Assembly (NCBI GenBank): GCA_039179045.1
Contig: JBCDEZ010000024.1
Span: forward strand, 1 to 21,607
Direction: 5' to 3'
DNA length: 21,607 nucleotides
Source of the DNA: Chlamydiota bacterium
GTDB lineage: Bacteria; Chlamydiota; Chlamydiia; Chlamydiales; SM23-39
Shown piece after piece: positions 8,191-16,911 of the stretch; within the stretch, counting starts at the first letter, position 1, and every line of letters begins with the position of its first letter. Both the position numbers and the translations under genes were made by a program. The notes beneath the pieces were generated by a model. That model searched no databases. It had not been told where the DNA came from and saw only the letters and a list, made by a program, of their open reading frames with translations.

Positions 8191-8347
8191 ACCTGAGTTC
8201 TGGGTTTTAGTATGACTAAGAGTTGACTATCTTCAGGAAAGATATTGGGTGATGGTTCTTTAGACGGGCGGATCCATGCGACGTATCCGTCGATGCAAAA
8301 GCATCGCAGATGGTAGGGCAACCGAAGAAAATCCCTTGCGCTTCGAA
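8191..8347 (+). repeat. Structured intergenic element C (homologous to element D)
   Basis: 30/40 ungapped identity (8218-8257 vs 14480-14519), plus 14/18 and 11/13 flanking blocks and shared stems. Confidence 0.7.
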
Positions 8348-8405
8348 TGAATTGCTGGAATGGACAACTGGGAGATCAATATGCAAATTTTCCAAATCGG
8401 TCTGA

Positions 8406-8849
8406 TCAAGAACGGGGATTTTTGCAAGCAACGGCAAAACGGAAAAAAGTGCAAGCACTCTGGATCAAAGCAGCACCTACAGCAAGGTCGATCCACCCTC
8501 GGTACAGGGGAGGCAGCGCAAGACGGTTCATGAGAAGGCCCATACCCATCATTAAAAGAAGAATCAGAGCGGTCCTTTTATCGTAGAGTTGGAAAAAAGA
8601 GATCGGCCCCTCCCAATCCAAAATTCTTTGAAATATTCGCTCTGCTGTTCTACGTAACACCCATTTTCCCTTCAAAAATCCTACAAGAAGAGCCAAGGTC
8701 AAGTAGATCAAGAGTAGATTGTAAGAGGGATAAGAGCTCTCGGCGCTCAAAGCGCCCTCAAAGAAAAGGCGCAAACCTTTCGAGAGAAGGGAAAAGCCCC
8801 CTACCATCCAAAGAAGTCCAGAAATTGCTGTAGCTTGCCATTTATTCAT
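8406..8849 (-). CDS. Conserved small integral membrane protein (4 TM, chlamydia-type hypothetical)
   Basis: ISGLLWMVGG, LLVGFLKGKWVLRRTA.R...RI and RGWIDLAVGAALI pattern; four hydrophobic helices. Confidence 0.8.
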   Translation of the reverse strand: MNKWQATAISGLLWMVGGFSLLSKGLRLFFEGALSAESSYPSYNLLLIYLTLALLVGFLKGKWVLRRTAERIFQRILDWEGPISFFQLYDKRTALILLLMMGMGLLMNRLALPPLYRGWIDLAVGAALIQSACTFFRFAVACKNPRS

Positions 8850-9032
8850 AAAAACACCCGCTTTGCTTCTCGTTCTACTATGTTACTGTTTTTCCTGCAA
8901 TATTTTGTATAGCAGAAGAATGCCAACTTACCCTTTTGATTGCTCTTTTCTTGAGATATATAGAAATATTTTGGAAAACTATGGATTCGATAAATCCCAC
9001 TTATGGTAGGTTGAGATCTAAGGGAGATCTAT

Positions 9033-11150
9033 ATGCAAGACAGTGAGTTGTACACCTTAGAAGAGGCGATGGAAAATGTATCCATTGCCTCGGAAGCGAA
9101 CGAACCCTACCGACTCGGAATCATCGACCACCGGAGGCTGGTTCTCCAAGATGAGGAAAAAGAGCAAGAGTCGAGCTACTGGATTACTAAAGGAGCAAGC
9201 GAAGAGCTAATTGAGGTCATGCGCAATACCTTTTCCCGCCTGACTGTCTACCTGAAAGGCTTGTACAAAAATCCTGCGATCGATTGGAGCCAGGAGACCG
9301 TGAGAACGGGTTTACAATCGATGATGCTACTTGTGGCAGAAGCAGGCAAGAAGGTCGATCGAATTCTGCAGGAATTGGAGCACTCGTGCAAGCGGGTCCC
9401 CAAAATCACAAAAAGCTCCGAATACAAGATCTTGCAAGAATTCTACATCGACAACATTACCGAAAAATTCACCGAAATACCTCCACAAGGAGACGAGGCC
9501 TGGAGAGCGGATATTGATCAGGAATCGCCCGTAAAAGATCTAGAAACCATTCGCAGCGATGCTGCCTACGAGTTGTTCTACCTAAGAAATATCCACAACA
9601 AACCTCTATTCAAACGCAGCCTGATCAAAAATATGCGGCTTTTGTTCGATTTCAGCGAAACGCTTGATGTACCCTTAGAGGATGATCCCCTTCTTGAGAT
9701 TGTAACGATCAAAGATCGGGATCTGCAAGGCTCAGCCGAGCAAATTTTGCGTTCCCTCAAACCGCAATTGCAAGACTTTTATGCGTACAAAGTCCGAACG
9801 CAAGACCATGACCTGATCCACGCGCTCAATAAAGCGATCATGTCTTTGATGTTGGCAGCAAACGAAAAAAACCTTATTCACCATACCTTCAATAAAAACT
9901 GCTTGCGGTATTTTCTCGACTTCCAATATTTCTTCCGGGAGGCTTTGAATGCAACAGAGTACCAAAAGCTCCTCGCCTATCCCCCGGAAAAGGATTCTTT
10001 GGGAGCCTTTTTGCTCCGTTTCACCCACTGCCTTGCCTACGAGTTTTTTACAAGAGCTTCCTCTATCCGTCAGGAGATTTTAGGTTATATCCACCGGCTC
10101 ATTCGAAAAGGGGAAGAGTTGACAGAAGAGAAGGAAAGAAGTACTTCTCTTTGGGAAAAGCTTTTGCAAGAGAGCGAACAGGTACAAGCTCTTTTGCACC
10201 GCTACCCGAGCGGCCCCCTATTCAAAATGCTCGACACCCTACAAGAGGAAAATCAGGCACAACGCTTCGAGCCTTTGCAGCAGGAAAATATGCCCTTTTT
10301 ACTCTTTGCTTTGAGTACAGCAAACCAGACGTCGCACATCCTGCATCTACCCACACCCACCAAGCAGTCGGATCTAGCCAAAGCGGAAATTTCCGAAGAA
10401 TTTAGCGCTTTTCTTGCCTTTTTGCACGAGGGAAAAAAAGATAAACACCACTTGCTGATCAACCTACAAGACCGCACTTCATGGAAAGAGAGCACCCGCG
10501 CAACCGTGTTAGAGAACTTGCAAAAACGAGCGGAGTACACACACAATATTACTGTGGTTACTCTTCCCAAAGATACCGACTTTTACCACCAGAAAGACGC
10601 CTATGGAGATATTGGAGAAGCCTCTCTTTTTTTAGAGACCCTACAAGAGCAGCTTACCCACCCAGAAGATTTTGGCTTTTTTTTCGGAGAAACAAAAAAA
10701 AGCACTGTCCAGTTTTTCCAAAAACTCTCCCAAACAATGCACGAGCAGATATTCGCAGGAGAACAAAAGCTAACGGAACAAGAGAGGCGGGATTTCATCG
10801 AGCTCTTCTACCTTTTTCTTACTCTGAAGGTACTCCAAGATATCCAACCTGACACGGTGAGCTTTACCTGCAAAGATGCGCTGGACGTGGGCTCGATGAT
10901 GAGCGCGGGGTTCTTTGCTCTCATCAAGCTACTTCAAGGCAGTCCTTGGGAAAAAAGCGATGAAGATTACCTGCGTCTTTTGATCTACGCTCCTGTCTTG
11001 ATGGTGCGAGAGCGCTCTGTCGATTCGCGAAGACTCATCCGCACGCTTTGTGCTATCGCTACTTTAGAAGAAAAGACAACGGCAGAGGGTTGGAAAAAAC
11101 TACAAAATCTCTACAAGAAAGACTGGATCAAAAGCATGAGACTGATCTAG
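9033..11150 (+). CDS. Conserved chlamydia-type hypothetical protein (705 aa) with a degenerate phosphatase-like motif
   Basis: Long ORF with GGAG RBS; motifs LLINLQDRTSWKE, VVTLPKDTDFY and SFTCKDALD. Confidence 0.85.
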   Translation: MQDSELYTLEEAMENVSIASEANEPYRLGIIDHRRLVLQDEEKEQESSYWITKGASEELIEVMRNTFSRLTVYLKGLYKNPAIDWSQETVRTGLQSMMLLVAEAGKKVDRILQELEHSCKRVPKITKSSEYKILQEFYIDNITEKFTEIPPQGDEAWRADIDQESPVKDLETIRSDAAYELFYLRNIHNKPLFKRSLIKNMRLLFDFSETLDVPLEDDPLLEIVTIKDRDLQGSAEQILRSLKPQLQDFYAYKVRTQDHDLIHALNKAIMSLMLAANEKNLIHHTFNKNCLRYFLDFQYFFREALNATEYQKLLAYPPEKDSLGAFLLRFTHCLAYEFFTRASSIRQEILGYIHRLIRKGEELTEEKERSTSLWEKLLQESEQVQALLHRYPSGPLFKMLDTLQEENQAQRFEPLQQENMPFLLFALSTANQTSHILHLPTPTKQSDLAKAEISEEFSAFLAFLHEGKKDKHHLLINLQDRTSWKESTRATVLENLQKRAEYTHNITVVTLPKDTDFYHQKDAYGDIGEASLFLETLQEQLTHPEDFGFFFGETKKSTVQFFQKLSQTMHEQIFAGEQKLTEQERRDFIELFYLFLTLKVLQDIQPDTVSFTCKDALDVGSMMSAGFFALIKLLQGSPWEKSDEDYLRLLIYAPVLMVRERSVDSRRLIRTLCAIATLEEKTTAEGWKKLQNLYKKDWIKSMRLI

Positions 11151-11250
11151 CATTTCGCTAGATTTCTCAGGAATAACAAAAAACGAGTTTTTCCGACCTA
11201 CCATAGTGGTTGAAATTTAATTTCCCTTTGAGTTTGTCGAGCATGTGTGG

Positions 11251-11500
11251 ATGACTTACTTATTAGACCTAAGACAAACAGTCTTAAAGTATCTTGCTGA
11301 ACCAGGTTCGGAAAAAAGTGGTGGAAACTTTTGAGATTATGCTAAGCACGTTAGTACATAGGATCGAGCAAGAGTGCTGAAGAATTTGGAAGTACACCAC
11401 AGGCAGTATTTTATGCCCTTCGTAGCCTGAAGATTTCCTTAAAAAATCCCCTGCCACAAAGGAAGGGATCCGGAAGCAATTCCTCGAAGAGATCGAGAAT
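11251..11500 (+). pseudogene. Degraded IS630-family transposase fragment
   Basis: Fragments in different frames: MTYLLDLRQTVLKYL (IS630 N-terminal HTH, cf. MAYSLDLR..VL), AEEFGSTPQAVFYALRSLKISLK (11376-11444) and RKQFLEEIE (11471-11497); interrupted by stops and frameshifts; no DDE domain. Confidence 0.7.
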
Positions 11501-11590
11501 GATTTTTTGCTGACGAATGATGGCTTTAACCGTCTTTTCTGCAGTCGACTTATGAATGAACTCCGAAACTCAGGTTGGTAAAAGGAACTA

Positions 11591-12832
11591 TTATCCTTCA
11601 CAAGACTCGTCGTAGTAGTCAATGAGCTCTTCATTATAGAGTTTGAGATTGGAAAAAAGAGCCTCCACATCCAATAAAAGCTGGAGAAAACTCTCTTTGA
11701 AAGCACAACTATCCAAAATCTTCTTTTTCTCCTCATTGCAATCGGCTCGTTCTAACAGTAAAGAGATGCGAGAAAGAGCTGTATTGATCTGGTCCACCTC
11801 GCAAGAGAAGTACTGGCGAAATTCTTTCGGTGTTTGAACATTTTCGAGGTAGTTTGCTCGTTTAGTGCGCTTTTGCCAGCTTTTGTCATACTGGAAGAGG
11901 ATTCCGTAGTGGTTGATATCGTTCATGAGCGTATTGGCCTTGCTGAGAAGAGCTGTCACGCGGAGATAAAACTCATCAGAGGTGATGAGTTTGCCAAGGG
12001 TTCCTTTGCCGCACGCAATGTCTTGCACGGCAATGTTGATGCCTCGCAGAATTTGCTTGCCGTCGATATTGAAGGCCTGAGTGGCCTCAATCATATTTTC
12101 CACAAGAGCATTGACCTTACCAACAAGGTTCTCTTGGCGCGCTTGCTCGAGAGATTCACCGATCAAAGAGAGATCGTATTCGAGAGCTTCTACAGAACGA
12201 GTCATCTTGGGTACTAAGCGCTCTTCTTCAATTGAACAAAGCACGCGATCAAACGAGTTCATACCTTGCGAAAATGCGGTGATCGCCTCACTCAAATCGT
12301 CTGCATTTTCCATGAACCACTGGTCGAAATTGCGAACAAAAAGCTGGATTTGCCGTGATACGCTCGATACCTGATTGAGAGCATTTTCGAGGGGATCGAT
12401 TGACAGCGCATGAAGAATTTGATCGGTGACAGGTTTGAGCGGTACGCCTTTTGTAGGCGCTTTGGGGATGATTGCAATCGTTTTTTCTCCAAGTAATCCT
12501 GTTGTTTGCACGCTGATTTCATCTGTTGTGTACACCTGTACTTTGGAGTCTAATTTGAGGGTCAGCTGGTAGAAGTAGACCCTTTTTAGGAAGTCGGTTA
12601 CATCTTGGCGTGCATTAGGCACCTCTTGAATTTTCTGCACTTCACCCACTGGCTTTCCCGCGAAAGTAACGCGCGTTCCCTCTCCAATCCCAGAGATATT
12701 CGAAAAGCGCACCTGTAGCATTTTCTCCCCATCCCCCAGTCTAGGCTCAAGGAAGGCAATGAAGGAAAAAGAAAGGATGATGGCTGCCAATACAAATACG
12801 CCAATCAACACGTTTTTCCAGGTATTATTCAT
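11591..12832 (-). CDS. mlaD: MCE/MlaD-family lipid-transport substrate-binding protein with a long helical extension
   Basis: N-terminal TM anchor; MCE motifs F.NISGI..GT.VTFAGKPVGEV and GLLGEK.IAI.P; coiled-coil C-terminus. Confidence 0.9.
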   Translation of the reverse strand: MNNTWKNVLIGVFVLAAIILSFSFIAFLEPRLGDGEKMLQVRFSNISGIGEGTRVTFAGKPVGEVQKIQEVPNARQDVTDFLKRVYFYQLTLKLDSKVQVYTTDEISVQTTGLLGEKTIAIIPKAPTKGVPLKPVTDQILHALSIDPLENALNQVSSVSRQIQLFVRNFDQWFMENADDLSEAITAFSQGMNSFDRVLCSIEEERLVPKMTRSVEALEYDLSLIGESLEQARQENLVGKVNALVENMIEATQAFNIDGKQILRGINIAVQDIACGKGTLGKLITSDEFYLRVTALLSKANTLMNDINHYGILFQYDKSWQKRTKRANYLENVQTPKEFRQYFSCEVDQINTALSRISLLLERADCNEEKKKILDSCAFKESFLQLLLDVEALFSNLKLYNEELIDYYDESCEG

Positions 12833-13598
12833 GATCTTTCCTTGCTCTTGGAGGCTCGTATAAGGTTTTTTTCAAAAATTTGATGGTGGGATCATCAATC
12901 TCTAAGAATTCTTCGGGTGGTTTCACATACGCAATTTTCCCGTCTTGGTGTAGAGCCAACCGATCCGCAATGTACAAAGCTGAGTGCATGTCGTGCGTGA
13001 CCACAATGGATGTGCCTTGTAGCTCGTCTTGGGTTTGGACGATCAGCTCGTTGATCTGTTGGGAAGTAATCGGATCGAGCCCTGCCGTGGGCTCGTCGTA
13101 CAAAAGAATTTTCGGGCGGTAGACCAAAAGGCGCGCAAGAGCAGCCCGTTTACGCATTCCTCCCGAAAGGTCTGCTGGATTTTTATCTTCGTCTTCTTGC
13201 AAGCCTACCATACGAAGGGCCAAGCGCACCTTTTTTTTGATCTCTTGTTCTGTATAGGATCGCTGGGTTTCTGGATTGGGGTGCTGGCGCAAGTAAAAGG
13301 CAGTGTTCTCAAAAATGGTCATCGAATCGAAAAGAGCGGCCCCTTGAAAGAGCATGCCCATGTTCTTGACCGCTTTATAAAGCTCTTCTTGCGTAAGCTC
13401 AGAGATGGGAAGCCCATCGACATAAACGCTCCCCTCATCGGGCTTTTCTAAACCGATGATCTGTTTCAGAAGAACGCTTTTTCCCACACCAGAACGACCC
13501 AAAATCACTAGGATCTCTCCTTCTAACACATCGAGAGATAGGCCCTTCAAGATTTGCTTTTTCCCAAACCGCTTTTTCAATTTCCGAATCGAAATCAT
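12825..13598 (-). CDS. mlaF: ABC transporter ATP-binding subunit MlaF/Mkl
   Basis: Walker A GRSGVGKS, signature LSGGMRKR, Walker B ILLYDEP, H-loop VTHD. The start is ATG 13598 (MISIRKL), overlapping the mlaE stop as ATGA, not the track start at 13760. Confidence 0.93.
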   Translation of the reverse strand: MISIRKLKKRFGKKQILKGLSLDVLEGEILVILGRSGVGKSVLLKQIIGLEKPDEGSVYVDGLPISELTQEELYKAVKNMGMLFQGAALFDSMTIFENTAFYLRQHPNPETQRSYTEQEIKKKVRLALRMVGLQEDEDKNPADLSGGMRKRAALARLLVYRPKILLYDEPTAGLDPITSQQINELIVQTQDELQGTSIVVTHDMHSALYIADRLALHQDGKIAYVKPPEEFLEIDDPTIKFLKKTLYEPPRARKDHE

Positions 13599-14392
13599 GA
13601 GCCCCAATCCCACATCAGTTCTGCATGGATGGCATTGAGGCCCATCGTCAAGAAAAAGTCCCAAATCAAAATGAGTACGTAGCTGATGACTACACTCTTG
13701 GTCGTCGACATGCCAACGCCAGCTGCCCCCCCAGTTGTTTTGATCCCCTTGTAACAGCAAATAGTCACAAGAATCATCCCGAAGATCAAAGACTTGAATA
13801 CGCCCGTGAAAACGTCAAAGCCCGTAATATGGATTGGCATGGGGTTGTAGTAGGTAGCAGGCGACATCCCAAACCAAAGAACTGCGATGATGTATCCTCC
13901 CCATATACCCATCAACATACTGAAGATTGTTAGAAGAGGCACCATAATGATCCCTGCAATGCATCGAGGTGCTACGAGGTGACGATGGGGATCGATAGCC
14001 ATCGAACGAAGGGCATCGATCTGTTCGGATACTTTCATGGAACCTAGCTCAGCGCACATGGCAGACCCGACGCGTCCTGTGACCATAAAGGCGGTCAGGA
14101 TAGGACCGAGCTCGGTGATCATGGCTTTACCTACCAGCAGTCCAGTAACCCCAGCAAGCCCTTTATCGGACAGCTGATAGACTGACTGAGCCGCCAAAAC
14201 AAATCCCGTAGTGAAGCCTGTAATGGCTACTACAAGGGTCGACATCACACCAATATGGAAGAATTGTTCTCGAAAAAGTGCCCACGCAGGGGGCTTTTTG
14301 ATGACCGCTTTAGTACTATCAATAACAAGCCGGACATATTCCCCCACAGAGAAAAAGAGCGAAAGCAGAAAGAGTCGGACGGTATTTCCCAT
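13595..14392 (-). CDS. mlaE: ABC transporter permease MlaE/YrbE
   Basis: ELGPILTAFMVTGRVGSAMCAELGSMKVSEQIDALRSM..DP..LVAPR and GGAAGVG.STT.SVV motifs. Confidence 0.95.
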   Translation of the reverse strand: MGNTVRLFLLSLFFSVGEYVRLVIDSTKAVIKKPPAWALFREQFFHIGVMSTLVVAITGFTTGFVLAAQSVYQLSDKGLAGVTGLLVGKAMITELGPILTAFMVTGRVGSAMCAELGSMKVSEQIDALRSMAIDPHRHLVAPRCIAGIIMVPLLTIFSMLMGIWGGYIIAVLWFGMSPATYYNPMPIHITGFDVFTGVFKSLIFGMILVTICCYKGIKTTGGAAGVGMSTTKSVVISYVLILIWDFFLTMGLNAIHAELMWDWGS

Positions 14393-14410
14393 AGATATCT
14401 CTTAATCGAC

Positions 14411-14439
14411 ACTATAAAAAAGAGGCGCTTTCCGGTCAA
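14411..14439 (-). promoter_or_regulatory. Sigma70/sigma66-type promoter of the mlaEFD operon
   Basis: TTGACC (14439-14434), 17-nt spacer, TATAGT (14416-14411), 18 nt upstream of the mlaE ATG. Confidence 0.7.
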
Positions 14440-14453
14440 AAGAATGGTTATTT

Positions 14454-14614
14454 ACGTGGGTTTCGGGTTTTCAATCATCAAGAATTCGCTGTTCTCAGGA
14501 GAGAGATTGAGCGATGGTTTTCTATGCTAGACAGGCGTATAAGCCCCAGCCCTTTTCAAGGATAGGATACGCCTACCATTTTTTGATCTCTCCCGAAGTA
14601 ATCCGGGCATTCAA
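14454..14614 (+). repeat. Structured intergenic element D (homologous to element C)
   Basis: Nested stems GAGAGATTGA/TTGATCTCTC, ATGGT/ACCAT, AGGCGTAT/ATACGCCT and TTCGGGTT/AATCCGGG; colinear similarity to 8191-8347. Confidence 0.7.
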
Positions 14615-14701
14615 GAAATACACATTTACATCAGGCAGGTTTTTTTGCAGCAAATTTTTGCTATCCCACTCTTTTTTAATTGATTAAACTCGGAATTCAG
14701 G

Positions 14702-15538
14702 TTACTTCCGATAGGAATATCCCTCTCGATGTAAGCAGTTGCTGATGGCCTCTTCGAGACTTTTCCTGGTCTGACTGATGTTCTCTCCTGCCTGGATATT
14801 GCTATTCATTTTTACAAGCTTTTCTTGGTACCTGGTCTCTTCCATCTCACGGGGAGCTCTTACCCAGAGCACTCCCGCAACCTCCTTCGAAACATTTGCC
14901 GCTGTTGCAAGCGCATCTTTCCACTCATTTTGCCCATAGAGGCCTGTAGCGGAAGATCCGATTACAAGAGAAGTTGCAAGGGCTGTGACCCAAAGCTCTT
15001 GGTAGGTGAGGTCTCTTTTGTTAACACCCGATTGTTTGAATCGTTCCTTTATCTGTGCATTTTGACGCGCCTTTGTCCTGTGAACGTCATCAAACACCCT
15101 TTCGTAGTCTTCCCAAATCTCCCTGAGCATCTGGCTGATTCTGCAGTATTCTTTTGGAGATCGCCCTTCCTCCAAATCGCGCTCCACCACCTCATAGCAT
15201 TCCTCCAGCTTCTCGAGAAATTCAGAGGGGCTTGGCTTCGAGTGATCCTCAGCAGAAAGATCCATCAAAGAAGCGGGGGCAACCTCTTTTGGAGCAGAGG
15301 AGGGAAAGGGGACCGCGAGAGGCTCTCCTCCTAAGCTCACCCTCCCTATGAGAGGGTTTTTCTGCTTGGAATTCTCAGGCAAAAAGATACCACTAGCATT
15401 CTCTTTAGAGGGTAGTTGGGAAAGAGCCTGTTCGATATCAATGGGCCGCGCAGGAACAACGTCTACCGGAAGCAACGGGGGAGAAAAGCTGGGTGCTAGT
15501 CCGTCCTCTTCATGCATTTCATCAATAGCAGGTGTCAT
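14702..15538 (-). CDS. Putative T3SS minor translocator-like protein (CopD/SseD-like architecture)
   Basis: Disordered Pro/Ser N-terminus, coiled coil, single hydrophobic helix LWVTALATSLVIGSSATGLY, amphipathic C-terminus; AAGGAG RBS; last gene of the operon. Confidence 0.55.
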   Translation of the reverse strand: MTPAIDEMHEEDGLAPSFSPPLLPVDVVPARPIDIEQALSQLPSKENASGIFLPENSKQKNPLIGRVSLGGEPLAVPFPSSAPKEVAPASLMDLSAEDHSKPSPSEFLEKLEECYEVVERDLEEGRSPKEYCRISQMLREIWEDYERVFDDVHRTKARQNAQIKERFKQSGVNKRDLTYQELWVTALATSLVIGSSATGLYGQNEWKDALATAANVSKEVAGVLWVRAPREMEETRYQEKLVKMNSNIQAGENISQTRKSLEEAISNCLHREGYSYRK

Positions 15539-15624
15539 ATTCTTCTCCTTAGTAATTCATTTATGGGCTGCAGCGAATCTTTCGCAAGATCGTAAAAAAC
15601 AATGCCTATACGCGAGGCTGTGGG

Positions 15625-16902
15625 TCACGCCTCTAAAATTTTTTGAAGCACCCCACCCAAAGAGCGTAGGATCTTGCTCGCATTTTCATCCGATGTTCCC
15701 TCTCCCTCGCTTAGCTTTTCCATCACTTGAGTCAGCCGTACCACATTATTTTTGTATAGCGTGCGCAGGACATCCTCTTCGATAGTGCGCGTACGCATTT
15801 CGGTCAACTCCATATCTGTGAGGCAGGTCCAAGGAGTCGTGGCGAGTTTGGCAGAGTGCAAAAGAGTACTCATGAGCTCTTCGATTGCTTGGGGCAAGTG
15901 TTGATTGCCTAGTCCTTGGACAACGAGAGTAACGGAGAGAAGAGCCGCCATAGCGGCGACCAGCTGCGTGCCCAATTTTAGGCCTCTTGTGAGATCGTCC
16001 TGCGTTTTTTTTGTATCTGCCAATTTTTCCGCCAACTGCGACCAAAGAGGGGTCTCATTTAAAAGGCCGATTCCGCCCGAAGCGACCATCGGATAGGCAC
16101 ACTGCGCCAGGGGCGCTCCCGTAACAAAAAGAGCAATACCGGTCAAAATCCCTAGGCTCATGGACACGTTCTCCAACATCTGGAAGGTATCTTTCCATCC
16201 AGTTAAGTGTTGTTGCTTTTGTCGCAATTCTTCATGTACCACAGGCATTTCTCTAAGAAGCTCTTCATATTTACCCAACTGCTTTTCAAGAGATCCTGCA
16301 ATATCCTCTGCAAAACGGTGGAAGCCCGTATTCTGTTCTTGATTTTGTAGCAGTAGAGAATACAGGAAAAAAGCGAACCGTTCAGGCTCTTCGAAGGTGG
16401 GACTCTTTACTGCGTTATCGCTATAGCTCTCGATCTCAATTCCCTCTTGGAATCGAGGTGAAGGGGAGCCTGCGCGAGAAGAGGAGCGAGCGATCGATCT
16501 TTTAGATGCCTCTTTTGCGACAAGAGAAAGTAGAGAAGAGTTCTGTCCAGAAGGTAGAACAAAAGACGCGGGAGGTGTTGCAGAGGGATCTACGGTTTCT
16601 TCGAATGGAGAATGGGCCCCAGCTGAACAGGGAATGTGGGGATGGCGCTTCTTGAAGATAGGAGTAAGAGTGTCAGACCGCAAAGAGCACATCCCTCTCA
16701 AAGCAGACTCATCGAGATTTGGAGATAACAAGGAAGGGAAAGAGGCAAGTTTCTTCGATCGCGCAAAAACGGTTGAGCCGACTTTAGATATGCGCTGCAT
16801 GGTTTCCGTTTTTCGCGGTTTTTCCTTTGGATGATTTCTCTGCACACAAAGCGGGCAGCAAGAATGTGAGGAAACAGGAGCTTCCAAAAAATCGCTTGCC
16901 AT
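15625..16902 (-). CDS. Putative T3SS major translocator-like protein (CopB/SseC-like architecture)
   Basis: Ser/Pro-rich N-terminus, coiled coil, two hydrophobic regions (VSMSLGILTGIALFVTGAPLA..ASGGIGLL; LVAAMAALLSVTLVVQG), helical C-terminus. Confidence 0.6.
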   Translation of the reverse strand: MASDFLEAPVSSHSCCPLCVQRNHPKEKPRKTETMQRISKVGSTVFARSKKLASFPSLLSPNLDESALRGMCSLRSDTLTPIFKKRHPHIPCSAGAHSPFEETVDPSATPPASFVLPSGQNSSLLSLVAKEASKRSIARSSSRAGSPSPRFQEGIEIESYSDNAVKSPTFEEPERFAFFLYSLLLQNQEQNTGFHRFAEDIAGSLEKQLGKYEELLREMPVVHEELRQKQQHLTGWKDTFQMLENVSMSLGILTGIALFVTGAPLAQCAYPMVASGGIGLLNETPLWSQLAEKLADTKKTQDDLTRGLKLGTQLVAAMAALLSVTLVVQGLGNQHLPQAIEELMSTLLHSAKLATTPWTCLTDMELTEMRTRTIEEDVLRTLYKNNVVRLTQVMEKLSEGEGTSDENASKILRSLGGVLQKILEA

Positions 16903-16911
16903 GTCTATCCT

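Noticed and set aside
8230..8360. LAGLIDADG-like peptide (GKILGDGSL) and group I intron P-like TGAATTGCTGGAA
   Set aside because: The reading frame closes quickly, differences from the paralogous copy are mostly non-synonymous, and Q/R/S elements are not in the required order
11284..11736. 150-aa minus-strand ORF
   Set aside because: It overlaps mlaD out of frame and is antisense to the IS630 relic; composition is not protein-like
13599..13760. N-terminal extension of mlaF in the ORF track
   Set aside because: It overlaps mlaE; the ABC domain begins at ATG 13598 with a typical ATGA overlap
14492..14615. Glycine riboswitch-like words (GGAGAG...CCGAAG, CTCAGG)
   Set aside because: Motif order and spacing are wrong and there is no downstream gene on that strand
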